In this document: piece by piece, positions 10,061 to 20,793 of the stretch
Numbering within the stretch: the first letter of the stretch is position 1
How the letters are laid out: every line of letters begins with the position of its first letter
NCBI GenBank assembly: GCA_965220085.1
Contig: CBDCOZ010000003.1
Span: forward strand, 1,982,637 to 2,046,636
Length of the DNA stretch: 64,000 nt
Reading direction: 5' to 3'
Source: Candidatus Oxydemutatoraceae bacterium
Lineage (GTDB): Bacteria > Pseudomonadota > Gammaproteobacteria > Poriferisulfidales > Oxydemutatoraceae
The notes under the pieces: generated by a model
Seen by the model: only the letters and a program-made list of their open reading frames with translations
Told to the model about the DNA's origin: nothing
Database searches by the model: none
Program-made: the position numbers and the translations under genes

Positions 10061-11724
10061 TGAGAGTTGCCCAAGCGGTCTTGATCGGCATATCGCTGCT
10101 CGCGGTCACGGCGATGGCGGCGGATGTGCGCACGGTCGTCAAACGCAACCAGATTGAGATCGGCGAATCGTTTCAGGTGGAATTCGTAAGCAACAAGAAA
10201 GACACGGGCGCGCCGGATTTTTCGCCGCTTAACAAAGACTTCCGGGTGTTGGGGAGGAATCAAAAATCCACGCAAAGCATCATCAACGGGGTCGTGAAAA
10301 TAGAGAAGAAGTGGATCGTGGAGTTATCGCCCAAGCGCGCCGGGCGGCTGAAAATTCCGGCATTGAACTTTGGCAATGCGAAGAGCCGGGAAGCGTTTGT
10401 GCGGGTGAAAAAAGCAAAACCTGCGGCGCCCGGCAAGGCGGAGGACATCTTTATGGAGATGACAGCGCAACCCTTGTCGCCTTATGTGCAGGCGCAGGTT
10501 CTGGTCATTACGCGCCTGTATACGATCAAGAGCCTGCGCGGGTCGATCAGCGATATTGCGGCGGAAAGCGATGCCATCATAAAGAAGGTCGGCGATGCGA
10601 AGAACTACAGGAAGGCGCATCGCGGACGCAACTACAACATACACGAAAACCGCTACTTCGTTTATCCGCAAAACAGCGGCGCTGTCAAGATCAAGCCGCC
10701 GCAACTGGACGCGCAGTACACCGAGCGGGGGCGGCGTTATACGGTGCGCAAATCGGCCGCGCCGGTGACCCTCAATGTGCGCCCGGCGCCCGCTTCTTTT
10801 ACCGGCGTTGCGTGGCTGCCCGCCGAAAGGATACGGCTGTCCGAAACGTGGTCGGAAGATTTGGCGTCCCTGCAGGCGGGCGCGCCGCTTGTGCGCACGA
10901 TAGCCATCAAAGGGCGCGGCATTTCAAGCGCGCAGTTGCCGGAAATCAAACAGGATGAGGTCGATAATCTCCGGCTCTATCCCGAGCAGGCGACGCTCAA
11001 AGACAATACGGGGAATACGCTGGACTCGGAACGCATCCAAAAGTTTGTGTTGATTCCGTCTCAGGCGGGGCAGTACAGGCTGCCGGAGATTCGCATCCCG
11101 TGGTGGAATACCAAAACCGATAAGACCGAATATGCCACCTTGCCGGCGCGGACTCTGTCGGTTGAGGAAGCGGCGGCGGGGTTGATTATCACGCCCGAAC
11201 CGGTTGTCGCATCGCAGCAAGCAGCGCCCGTCGGCGATAGCGACGACAGCAATCTGTGGGCGTGGGTCAGCGCTTTGATGTTGCTCGGGTGGAGCGCGAC
11301 CGGCGCGCTGGTATGGAAACAGCGGGGCATCGTCGCGGCTCATGCGGCTGCTGCGACCGATAACCGGCGCAAAGAGGAGAAGCAGGCGGCGAACTTGCGG
11401 CGCTGTCGCAGGCAGTTGGAAAAAGCATGCGCGAACGACGACCGCCTGGCAACCAGAAATACCATGTTGCGCTGGGCCAAACTGATGTGGCCCGACAGGG
11501 ATACGAAGTCTCTCGGGCAGTTGGCGCTGTTGGCCGATGATGCCGCGCTGGTCGAAGAGATCAGGCGATTGGATGAGGCGCTTTATTCCGAGCACAGCGA
11601 TTGGAGCGGCAAGGAGATGTGGACGGCGTTGCAAGCCTGCTCCGAAACCGCGAAGGAACGACCCGCCGGTCGGTTTGCCAGAAAAAAATCCGGCGGGCTG
11701 GCGGCGTTGCACAAACTGAAGTGA
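10054..11724 (+). CDS. BatD family protein
   Basis: Signal peptide, WLPAERIRL, LPEIRIPWWNT, TM helix; last gene of moxR/bat block. Confidence 0.85.
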   Translation: MVMRVAQAVLIGISLLAVTAMAADVRTVVKRNQIEIGESFQVEFVSNKKDTGAPDFSPLNKDFRVLGRNQKSTQSIINGVVKIEKKWIVELSPKRAGRLKIPALNFGNAKSREAFVRVKKAKPAAPGKAEDIFMEMTAQPLSPYVQAQVLVITRLYTIKSLRGSISDIAAESDAIIKKVGDAKNYRKAHRGRNYNIHENRYFVYPQNSGAVKIKPPQLDAQYTERGRRYTVRKSAAPVTLNVRPAPASFTGVAWLPAERIRLSETWSEDLASLQAGAPLVRTIAIKGRGISSAQLPEIKQDEVDNLRLYPEQATLKDNTGNTLDSERIQKFVLIPSQAGQYRLPEIRIPWWNTKTDKTEYATLPARTLSVEEAAAGLIITPEPVVASQQAAPVGDSDDSNLWAWVSALMLLGWSATGALVWKQRGIVAAHAAAATDNRRKEEKQAANLRRCRRQLEKACANDDRLATRNTMLRWAKLMWPDRDTKSLGQLALLADDAALVEEIRRLDEALYSEHSDWSGKEMWTALQACSETAKERPAGRFARKKSGGLAALHKLK

Positions 11725-12590
11725 ACCGCCTTATGCGAACCGCCGACCTGTTAATCCATGCGCACCGAGTCCTGCCGATTAATCCGGCAAACACGGTGTT
11801 GAATGCCCACAGCGTGGCGGTAAGCGCCGGCAGGATTGCCGCCGTGATGCCGAGCGCTGATGCGCGTCGCAACTGGCTGGCGGCGTTGCACAAACTGAAG
11901 CGAACCGCCTTATGCGAACCGCCGACCTGTTAATCCATGCGCACCGAGCCCTGCCGATCCGCCCGGCAAACACGGTGTTGAATGCCCACAGCGTAGCGGT
12001 GCGCGATGGCCGGATTGCCGCCGTGATGCCGAGCGCCGATGCGCGTCGCAACTGGCTGGCGGCGTTGCGCAAACTGAAGCGAACCGCCTTATGCGAACCG
12101 CCGACCTGTTAATCCATGCGCACCGAGTCCTGCCGATCCGCCCGGCAAACACGGTGTTGAATGCCCACAGCGTAGCGGTGCGCGATGGCCGGATTGCTGC
12201 TGTGATGCCGAGCGCTGACGCGCGCCGCAACTGGCTGGCGGCGTTGCGCAAACTGAAGCGAACCGCCTTATGCAAACCGCCGACCTGTTAATCCATGCGC
12301 ACCGAGTCCTGCCGATCCGCCCGGCAAACACGGTGTTGAATGCCCACAGCGTAGCGGTGCGCGATGGCCGGATTGCCGCTGTGATGCCGCCCGCTGACGC
12401 GCGCCGCAACTGGCGGCGTTGCACAAACTGAAGCGAACCGCCTTATGCGAACCGCCGACCTGTTAATCCATGCGCACCGAGTCCTGCCGATTAATCCGGC
12501 AAACACGGTGTTGAATGCCCACAGCGTAGCGGTGCGCGATGGCCGGATTGCCGCCGTGATGCCGAGCGCCGACGCGCGTCGCAACTGGCG
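11696..12590. repeat. Tandem repeat, about 5 x 179 bp (last unit 175 bp), spanning batD end / amidohydrolase start
   Basis: Start codon copy at 11733, 11912, 12091, 12270, 12445; copies carry private SNPs. Confidence 0.93.
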
Positions 12591-13760
12591 GGCGCAACAG
12601 TCTGTTGACTTGCCGAGCCATGTCCTGATGCCGGGGTTGGTAAACGCGCATACGCATACGCCGATGAGTTTGTTGCGCGGCTTCGCCGATGATATGCCGC
12701 TGATGTCGTGGTTGCGCGATTACATCTGGCCGGCGGAACGGCGCTGGGTCAGCCGCGAATTCGTGCGCGCCGGATCGCACCTCGCTTATGCCGAACTTTT
12801 GCGCGGCGGGGTGACGTGCTTTAACGATATGTACTTCTTTCCGCAGGTCAGCGCGCAACTTGCCGACGAGACGGGCATCCGCGCCTGTATCGGCATGCTG
12901 GTGATGGATCTCGCAACCGCCTACGCCGACAATCCGGAGCAGTATCTGGAGAAAGGGCTTGAATTGCGCGCACAATTTCATGATCACCCGACCGTGCATC
13001 CGGTGTTGGCGCCGCACGCGCCTTATACGGTGTCCGATGAATACCTGCGGCGCATCGCCGCGCTCGGCGACGAACTCGACTTGCAAATTTGCATGCACCT
13101 GCACGAGACTGCGCAAGAGATAGAAGACTCCCTCAAGCAATATGGCAGTCGTCCGTTGCGGCGGGTGGCCGCGCTCGGCTTATTGTCTTCGCGGTTGCTG
13201 GCGGTGCACGCGGCGCACTTGCAAGACGATGAAATCCGCGCGCTGGCCGAAGCCGGTGCGGCGGTGATTCACTGCCCCGAATCCAACTTGAAACTGGCCA
13301 GCGGTTTTTGTCCGGCGCAAAAGTTAGCGGACGCGGGGGGTGTGTCGCACTCGGCACCGACGGCGCGGCCAGCAACAATGATCTTGACATGATCGGAGAA
13401 ATGCAAACCGCGAGTTTGCTGGCCAAGGGCGTCGGCAAAGATGCGACCGCGATGCCCGCGCATCGCGCATTGGAAATGGCGACACTGGCCGGCGCGCGCG
13501 CGCTCAAACTGGACGACCGTATCGGTTCGGTTGAAGTCGGCAAAAGCGCGGACTTGATAGCCATAGACCTGAGCGGGGCGGAAGCGAGACCGCTGTATGA
13601 TATCGCATCGCATCTGGTCTACGCGACCGACAGGCGGCAAGTCAGCGATGTCTGGGTGGCCGGGCGGCGGCTGTTGCAGAACCGCACATTGACGACGATT
13701 GACATCGACGCGCTCGGCCCGCGAGCGCTTGAAGGGGAGCGGAAAATCAGCGGCGGATGA
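12445..13760 (+). pseudogene. TRZ/ATZ (MtaD-like) amidohydrolase, frameshifted at the G6 run 13335-13340 (real or sequencing error)
   Basis: PGLVNAHTH, HLHET, HCPESNLKLASG in the first frame; ALGTDGAASNNDLDM and GKSADLIA in the second. Confidence 0.8.
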
Positions 13761-14325
13761 CTACGCGCAATCTTCTTCGCGGAACCATGCATTGACGACG
13801 ATTGACATCGACGCGCTCGGCCCGCGAGCGCTTGAAGGGGAGCGGAAAATCAGCGGCGGATGACTATCTGCAGTCTTCGTCTTCGCGGAACCATGCATTG
13901 ACGACAATTGACATCGACGCGCTCGGCCCGCGAGCGCTTGAAGGGGAGCGGAAAATCAGCGGCGGATGACTACGCGCAGTCTTCTTCGCGGAACCATGCA
14001 TTGACGACGATTGACATCGACGCGCTCGGCCCGCGAGCGCGCGCTCAAACTGGATGACCGTATCGGTTCGGTTGAAGTCGGCAAAAGCGCGGACTTGATA
14101 GCCACAGACCTGAGCGGAGCGGAAGCGAGACCGCTGTACGATATCGCATCGCATCTGGTCTACGCGACCGACAGGCGGCAAGTCAGCGATGTCTGGGTGG
14201 CCGGGCGGCGGCTGTTGCGGAACCGCACATTGACGACGATTGACATGGACGCGCTCGGCCCGCGAGCGCTTGAAGGGGAGCGGAAAATCAGCGGCGGATG
14301 ACTACCTGCAGTCTTCGTCTTCGCG
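13498..14325. repeat. Compound duplication at the convergent amidohydrolase/PLD junction: about 103-106 bp units plus a copy of about 13498-13760 at about 14039-14301
   Basis: GGAAAATCAGCGGCGGATGACTA occurs four times; the 3' end of the amidohydrolase is re-encoded at about 14039-14301. Confidence 0.88.
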
Positions 14326-15693
14326 ATCCTTTTTCTTGTCAAAATCGTTATCTATGCCGTCGCTACAAGAGTCGCGCGAGAACTCTGATTCCGGCGGCGG
14401 ATTGCCGTGGAGCCATTCGCCGGGAATCGATTCCCACAACTCGTTAAAAAAGGCGGTCAGGCAGGCGGCCTTTGCCGACGCATCCAAAAGAATAATGGTA
14501 TTCTCATCGTTATACCTCTCCCCCGCGTTAGTCCAATTCATGGAACCGATGATGATGTGTTTGTTGTCGATGATCGCGGTCTTCGCGTGCATCTTCCCGC
14601 CCCACGACTCAACCTTGAGTTTGACATCGTGATTGCGCAGGTATTCGTGCTTGCTGTAAGAGTTCTTTGCGGCCGTCGCATCCAGTATCACCCGCACTCG
14701 CACGCCTCTTTCTTGCGCAAAACGCAGCTCCTTCGCAACTTCTTTGTGGGTCAGGTAGAAAATCATCACGTCGATGGATTCCTTCGCCCCGTGAATCAGC
14801 CCGAGCACACGGCTCATCGCAGGAGACTGCGGTGAGAAATACAACTGCAAATTCTGCGCGCCGACCTTGGCCGTCAAGTGTTGCGTTTTATAGCGCGCCT
14901 TGTTGCGATGATATCTGCCGCCAAACATCTGATTAAACTCGCCGGCATAGAAATCCGCGACTTCTTCCGAGTCAATCACGATGACGGTGTTCGCGTTGTA
15001 ACCCCCGATTCCAGTATCGCTCACGTTCGCCGAGCCCGTCCATACCCAGCGCCCGTCGATGACAAAGAACTTGTTGTGCATCAAATTGCCTCTGAAGTTT
15101 ATCTTCTTTTTGCTCGCATAACCCCTGCCGCCGAAACACTGCGTCGGGCCCAGGCTGTCGTCATCGGGCACCTTGCAATAAGGCTTGCTCCTGAGGTCTT
15201 TGTCTCTTTTCTCCCGCGCGCGTTGTTTGTATTCGTATTTCTTGCGCGCTTCTATGTCCGCCGCGCGGTCATCCCGCACATCCCCCAAGATGTTCTGCAA
15301 ATAGTCGGTATCGGAATAGTAACTGCCGCCGTCGGCGTCCCTGTCCACGACGCCTCTGACCCGCACGCCGCGCTTTTCCGCATCGATCAAGGCTTGTACG
15401 ATCTCTTTCTGCCCGCGTACGCCATACAGCGCGAAGTCAATGGTGGTTTGCGCATCATCGATCAGCTTTTTCAAAGCCTCGCACATCTCCGTCGTGCAAC
15501 GGGGGTTCGGGCCTGTCGCCTCCAGCGGCGATTGCGTGATGACAGATACGCGCGATTCGGGATGCGAGCACGTTGCCGATGCGGTTTGCGCAACGGCATA
15601 GCAGAGCGTTGCCAGCGCGCATATTGTTGCCACTGCAATGAGAGCCGGTTTCGCACCGGTCAATACACCGGTTAATGTCGTTTTATTCCGCAT
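14302..15693 (-). CDS. Phospholipase D/nuclease family protein with two HKD motifs, probably exported
   Basis: HNKFFVID...TGSAN and HAKTAIID...GSMN; N-terminal hydrophobic segment. Confidence 0.88.
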   Translation of the reverse strand: MRNKTTLTGVLTGAKPALIAVATICALATLCYAVAQTASATCSHPESRVSVITQSPLEATGPNPRCTTEMCEALKKLIDDAQTTIDFALYGVRGQKEIVQALIDAEKRGVRVRGVVDRDADGGSYYSDTDYLQNILGDVRDDRAADIEARKKYEYKQRAREKRDKDLRSKPYCKVPDDDSLGPTQCFGGRGYASKKKINFRGNLMHNKFFVIDGRWVWTGSANVSDTGIGGYNANTVIVIDSEEVADFYAGEFNQMFGGRYHRNKARYKTQHLTAKVGAQNLQLYFSPQSPAMSRVLGLIHGAKESIDVMIFYLTHKEVAKELRFAQERGVRVRVILDATAAKNSYSKHEYLRNHDVKLKVESWGGKMHAKTAIIDNKHIIIGSMNWTNAGERYNDENTIILLDASAKAACLTAFFNELWESIPGEWLHGNPPPESEFSRDSCSDGIDNDFDKKKDREDEDCR

Positions 15694-15695
15694 CG

Positions 15696-17060
15696 TCAAA
15701 TAATAAAATAGCACACACCGGAGATAACGAATGCCATCATGAGGTTCAGCGCGAACCCTTCCCTTGCCATCGTTTTGATATCAAACTTCCCCGCCCCATA
15801 AACGACTGTATTCGGAGGCGTGGCAACCGGTAACATGAAAGCGCAACTCGCGCTGATTGCCGCCGGAATCATTATCAGTCTCGGATCAATGCCGGCCCCG
15901 ACACTGGCTGCCGCCAGGATGGGCATCAACAGAGTAGTCGTTGCGGTATTGCTGGTTACTTCGGTAAGGAAAGTGACACCGAGGCAGATGATTAAGATCA
16001 TCGCAAACACCGGCCACTCTGCCAGTATAGACAAATGGGTGCCCAGCACATGACTCAAACCGCTCGCCTGAAATGCCTTGGCGATACAAATCCCCCCGGC
16101 GAACAGCAAAATGATTCCCCACGGAATAGAGCTGGCAGACTCCCAATCCAACAACCGTCCCTTCTTTCCGTCCGGCACCAAACACATCAGCACAACACCC
16201 GCCAAAGCGATCGTGCTGTCGCCAATCTGTGGCGCACCGACCAAGCCGGTCCAGCCGCCGAACGGCGCTTTGCGGAAAATCCATGCGAACACGACCAGCG
16301 CAAAGATCAACAACACCCGTCGCTCGGCAATCTCCCATGTGCCGACCACAGGCAAATTAATACGCTTCTCAATATGCAAGCCGCGGGTCAGCCAAAATGC
16401 TGCCAGCGGTATGCCGAGCAACACGACGGGCACACCCACTTTCATCCAATCCAGAAAATCCTGACTGGCGCCAAACTGCTCCTGATAAACCGCCATATAA
16501 ACGACATTAGGCGGTGTCCCGATCGGTGTGCCAACACCTCCGATACTTGACGCATAGGCGATACCAAGCAGTAATACGGTAGCAAAGCGCGGGTTCTCGG
16601 TCGCCGTCACAACCGCCAATACGATCGGCAACAGCATCAATACCGTCGCGGTATTGCTCATCCACATGCTCAAAATGGCGGCGGTCGCCATAAAGCCCAG
16701 AATGATATTGACCGGCTTGTTGGCGCCGAACGCATTGACCATGTACAACGCCAAACGGCGATGGACGCCGCTTTTCTCCACCGAGCGCGACAACATGAAC
16801 GCGCCCATCATCAGGATGATCAGATGATTGCCCACCGAACTCGCGGCAACTTTGTAATCCAACACCCCGAACGCCGGGAACAATACCAACGGCACCAACG
16901 ATGTGACCGGAATCGGCAGGGCTTCCGTCACCCACCACACGACGACCAGCGTCGTCACGCCCGCCGTTGCGGCGATAGACCATTCAAGTCCCGATACATC
17001 GCAGACCCATATTGCCAATGCTGCCAGAACCGGGCCCAGAAAAAGATTAAATTGTTTCAT
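15696..17060 (-). CDS. SLC13/DASS family sodium-coupled anion transporter
   Basis: LSMWMSNTAT, GTPIGTPPN, TEVTSNTAT, FMLPVATPPN. Confidence 0.93.
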   Translation of the reverse strand: MKQFNLFLGPVLAALAIWVCDVSGLEWSIAATAGVTTLVVVWWVTEALPIPVTSLVPLVLFPAFGVLDYKVAASSVGNHLIILMMGAFMLSRSVEKSGVHRRLALYMVNAFGANKPVNIILGFMATAAILSMWMSNTATVLMLLPIVLAVVTATENPRFATVLLLGIAYASSIGGVGTPIGTPPNVVYMAVYQEQFGASQDFLDWMKVGVPVVLLGIPLAAFWLTRGLHIEKRINLPVVGTWEIAERRVLLIFALVVFAWIFRKAPFGGWTGLVGAPQIGDSTIALAGVVLMCLVPDGKKGRLLDWESASSIPWGIILLFAGGICIAKAFQASGLSHVLGTHLSILAEWPVFAMILIICLGVTFLTEVTSNTATTTLLMPILAAASVGAGIDPRLIMIPAAISASCAFMLPVATPPNTVVYGAGKFDIKTMAREGFALNLMMAFVISGVCYFII

Positions 17061-17121
17061 AAAATATTTGGCAAGTAATTCTTATGTTGATATTTTAAGG
17101 CGCTTTGTGCGCAGGTGTTTG

Positions 17122-18036
17122 TTACTTTGCCGCTTGATAGGCCTGCTCTATCAAGGTCAAAATATAGGGCAAATCTTCTTGCTTGGCACAAAATACTTGC
17201 ACATATCCGCCTTGTTGTCCCCCGCTTATGGAAATCTCCTTTGAAATCTGTTTCGGGTCATGTAATTTTTCCGGTGGAATCCTTAGCACGATTCTTATTT
17301 TTTTCTTCCGCAGCTCTATGAATGCAAAGGTAACTTGTGTTATGTACGAGACATAGTTTTTCCGTACCCTTTCTTCTATGCCATCGTCAAAATCAAGAAT
17401 CTTTTCTTGTAATGCAAAAAACAGATTTTTTACCGGCTCATCCGCGGTACTCAAATGGTCATCGAGCGTATAAACCTTTATTTCTTTGCTGACACTCTCA
17501 ATGGTCGCCTTGTTTTTAGAAGTGGTTTTGATCGATTCCTTTGCATCGGATGAAAGCAACTGGTTGTATAAAATTGTGGAATTGTCGTAAGCCCTGACTT
17601 CCCACAACTCAATCGCTAAATCCCGGAAGTTGATGGCATTTTTCTGATAGGTAGTAAACCTTTGCGCCAGAAACAAAACTTTTGACTGCGACCAATCCAC
17701 ATCTTTACGCCCCAACTTCTCCTTGGTCTTCTCGTTGTATTCCAGAATGAAATCGGCCTTGTTGTTAAGCATTGCGGCGAGGTAGGAAAACCCTTGGTCG
17801 ATGACACTGGAACTTCTATTCCGCTTGTACTCGATGATGACAAAAGAACGGGTCTCTTCATCAAACGCGAGCGTATCGATGCGAAAGCTTTGCACGGGGA
17901 ATTCCGTGCTGATAAACCGCAAGCCAAAAACGGTTTCCAAATTACCCTCGGTTAATCTTTGGATGTCTCTTTCAAGGTCAATACGCTTTTCCTTTATCAG
18001 GGACAGCTTCTGTTTTTGTATATTAAAAATTGCCAT
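17122..18036 (-). CDS. PD-(D/E)XK nuclease-like N-terminus with DUF5655-like C-terminus
   Basis: RIDTLAFD...IIEYKR...IDQGFSY; at the end of the AT-rich RM island. Confidence 0.65.
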   Translation of the reverse strand: MAIFNIQKQKLSLIKEKRIDLERDIQRLTEGNLETVFGLRFISTEFPVQSFRIDTLAFDEETRSFVIIEYKRNRSSSVIDQGFSYLAAMLNNKADFILEYNEKTKEKLGRKDVDWSQSKVLFLAQRFTTYQKNAINFRDLAIELWEVRAYDNSTILYNQLLSSDAKESIKTTSKNKATIESVSKEIKVYTLDDHLSTADEPVKNLFFALQEKILDFDDGIEERVRKNYVSYITQVTFAFIELRKKKIRIVLRIPPEKLHDPKQISKEISISGGQQGGYVQVFCAKQEDLPYILTLIEQAYQAAK

Positions 18037-18196
18037 AATTATTTCGCAGTGTGTCAGCCACTATAGAACAAAGACCCAAAGGCTTCCTTGCCGTTGCCTG
18101 TGTTGACCCAAGACACCATGTGCATAGCAAGTTGCGCCTCGTACCTCTCAATTACACTTTCGGTCATGTTCTCTTAAATAAAGCTTTCAATTCTTA

Positions 18197-18964
18197 TTAT
18201 CTTATTCGTTTCCTAGCGATTTTTACATACTCTTTGTCTTGCTCAATTCCAATCCATTCGCGATTGTACTTTTTTGCTACAAAGGCCGTGGTGCCACTTC
18301 CCAAAAACGGATCAAGAACTATGTCCCCTTTTCGGGAACTTGCCAAAATAATACGCTTCAGCATTTCTTCCGGTTTTTGTGTTGGGTGTAATGCACGCCC
18401 ATTACCACCATGTAAGCGCTCCTTACCCTGCACAAGCGACAACTCCCAAAGATCACGCATTTGCTTAGGACTCCCATCCTTTTTCTTATCAGGATTTATT
18501 TCTTTTATTTTTTCGTAATCAAAAGTCCAACCACTTCCTTTTACTGCCCAAACAACAAATTCTGTTGAGTGTGTGAACACTCGTCTTGTCATGTTTGGCA
18601 TCGCATTTGTTTTATACCAAGTAATGAGGTTATTCACTTTGAAATCAAGCTGTTTCAAAACAATCATTACTTCTGCAACATTGTGGTAGCTACACGCAAC
18701 ATAAATTGAACCTTTTTCTTTCAGAACCTTATCACACGCACCAAGCCACTTTCTTGTAAACTGCAAATATTCTGGCGCTGTCATCTTATCCCACTGCTCA
18801 TTGACCATGTACCAATCACCACCAGTCTCATTTCCTTTCCATTTCAGTCCATTTCCAGACAAGTTGTAAGGTGGGTCTGCAAAAATTAGGTCAATGGAAT
18901 TCTCATCAACTCTCTTGTTGAGCACATCAATACAATTCCCGCTGTAAATAATATTTGTTTTCAT
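18197..18964 (-). CDS. DNA methyltransferase (N4-C/N6-A, beta-class motif order)
   Basis: ADPPYN, HPTQKPE, LDPFLGSGTT. Confidence 0.93.
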   Translation of the reverse strand: MKTNIIYSGNCIDVLNKRVDENSIDLIFADPPYNLSGNGLKWKGNETGGDWYMVNEQWDKMTAPEYLQFTRKWLGACDKVLKEKGSIYVACSYHNVAEVMIVLKQLDFKVNNLITWYKTNAMPNMTRRVFTHSTEFVVWAVKGSGWTFDYEKIKEINPDKKKDGSPKQMRDLWELSLVQGKERLHGGNGRALHPTQKPEEMLKRIILASSRKGDIVLDPFLGSGTTAFVAKKYNREWIGIEQDKEYVKIARKRIR

Positions 18965-18967
18965 ATT

Positions 18968-20791
18968 TTATGTTTGAGGGACAAGACTTGCTTGCCATGC
19001 AGAAATCGCACTTGGAATATTTTGTAACCACCCATTTGAGTCATTAGATGACCTTGATAAGTCTATGATTTCATCATATAAACGTGAAATTTCTGTATGC
19101 CGCAAGAATCTTTTCTGTGATTTCATTTGCACTAAAACTTTCAAAATAGAAATAAATTGGTCTATTGAGAGAGGAATAATTTTTTGCGATTGCCCCTCAT
19201 ATTCATACCTTATTGCCATCCAAAAAGTGTTTATTGTGTCTCTATGTAACTTTGGAGCAATGAACAAGCAATAAGAAGGCTTGTCACCGTATTTTTGTTC
19301 AAAGTCACGCAAGTGGCGCATTACTGGCTGCCCTTCGTTATACCACTGAGTGCGACTACTCAACATCGTGACTTCACAAATTGCATTAAAACTCTCATAG
19401 AAACATTCTATATCTGGTGTGTTTGCTGGCGCGGTAAATGTTGGCTCATTATCATCGCCAACAGGATAATTAGGCTGAATTTTCAATGCATCGTTTAGGG
19501 CATATAATCCAAGTGCCGATAGTTTCTCAAGTAAAATTGGCCTGTCTTTAAAACTAAAAATATTACCCAAATCTTTGATATAAGATTCAATTCGCTTAAC
19601 CTCCTGAGATTTCTTGTGGCTTTCTTCATCCTGCAACTCTCGGCGATATTCTCTTAACTCTGAAATATAGTTTTTTAGTTCGGCATTTTGCAGCAATTGG
19701 AAATTTTTAATCACAAGGCTTTCTTTTTGCAAAGCAGATTCATACCCCTGTATTTCCTCAATCAATTTCTCAATAATCTCGACATGTTTTTCTATTGTCT
19801 CCCAAGGTAGTTTTGGCTCCGAAATATCAGAAATATAGGCGAGGCGCTCTTCCTCAGAAGCAAAAGCTTTTGATTGTGCATTATCAAAATCAAGCAAAGA
19901 ATTGATTTCAACTAATCTCCTCGGTTCTAAGTCAATGTAAAATCCGCCGCCTCGGATATAAATATATCTTGTACGACGAAAATAACGAATCACATTATCG
20001 CCATAATCTTGCAAATTCTTCAACAATTTTCTTATCTCATTTTTGTTGTCAGTCTCTAAAAACTCACCAGCGAATTGCTTTTCATGGGAATCAAAAACTA
20101 CGCTTCGTTCCTGTTCTGTTTTGCCTGATAACTCATCTCGTAGCGCAATAACCTTTTCTGCGTAAGAGTCAATATCTTGATAATGCACTAAGGTTGGCAC
20201 AAAAAGAGAAAACTCTTTTTTGCTAATGCCCTTTGCACTGTTCCCGCGAGCAACTTCTTTTTGATTCACTGCGTTAATCAAATGTAATGTTCCGATAAAT
20301 GGCTTTATATTGTCATCTACATCAGCTAGATTACCTTGGTTACCCTTCCCTGGAACCTGCCATTTCAAGAAACTCCTAAAAAGGAACTCTCCAAAATCCA
20401 AGTCGCCTTTCAAAAACAGCCTGCCCCATTCTGTTATTTTCACCCTCTTATCCTCAATGGCGACCAACCCAATTTTTTTGAGAGGGTTCATTGATTGCCT
20501 TCCGCGCATCGCAGGATCCTCATAGCCTTTTATATTGAAGATTTCTTCTGCTTGTTCAAAAGAGATATCTTTTGACGAATCTTCCATCAGAGCAATCTTG
20601 TCTTCGGGAAGATCCTTATAAAATTGTCTTTGCCCGTAGCCATATGCTCGATTTTGAATCAATAAGATTTGATATCTCTTTTGGCTCTCAGAATTCCATT
20701 CGGAATCTTCTAGTTGTTTCAAAACAATCAAGAACCTTCTCAACCTCTCTGGATTTCGTAGCGTTGTTGTAATTGACCAAGGCTTTTTCAT
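18968..20791 (-). CDS. AlwI-family type IIS restriction endonuclease
   Basis: WSITTTLRNPER N-terminus; PDIEC...EVTM...QWYNEGQPVMRH catalytic region; flanked by two MTases. Confidence 0.8.
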   Translation of the reverse strand: MKKPWSITTTLRNPERLRRFLIVLKQLEDSEWNSESQKRYQILLIQNRAYGYGQRQFYKDLPEDKIALMEDSSKDISFEQAEEIFNIKGYEDPAMRGRQSMNPLKKIGLVAIEDKRVKITEWGRLFLKGDLDFGEFLFRSFLKWQVPGKGNQGNLADVDDNIKPFIGTLHLINAVNQKEVARGNSAKGISKKEFSLFVPTLVHYQDIDSYAEKVIALRDELSGKTEQERSVVFDSHEKQFAGEFLETDNKNEIRKLLKNLQDYGDNVIRYFRRTRYIYIRGGGFYIDLEPRRLVEINSLLDFDNAQSKAFASEEERLAYISDISEPKLPWETIEKHVEIIEKLIEEIQGYESALQKESLVIKNFQLLQNAELKNYISELREYRRELQDEESHKKSQEVKRIESYIKDLGNIFSFKDRPILLEKLSALGLYALNDALKIQPNYPVGDDNEPTFTAPANTPDIECFYESFNAICEVTMLSSRTQWYNEGQPVMRHLRDFEQKYGDKPSYCLFIAPKLHRDTINTFWMAIRYEYEGQSQKIIPLSIDQFISILKVLVQMKSQKRFLRHTEISRLYDEIIDLSRSSNDSNGWLQNIPSAISAWQASLVPQT

Positions 20792-20793
20792 AA

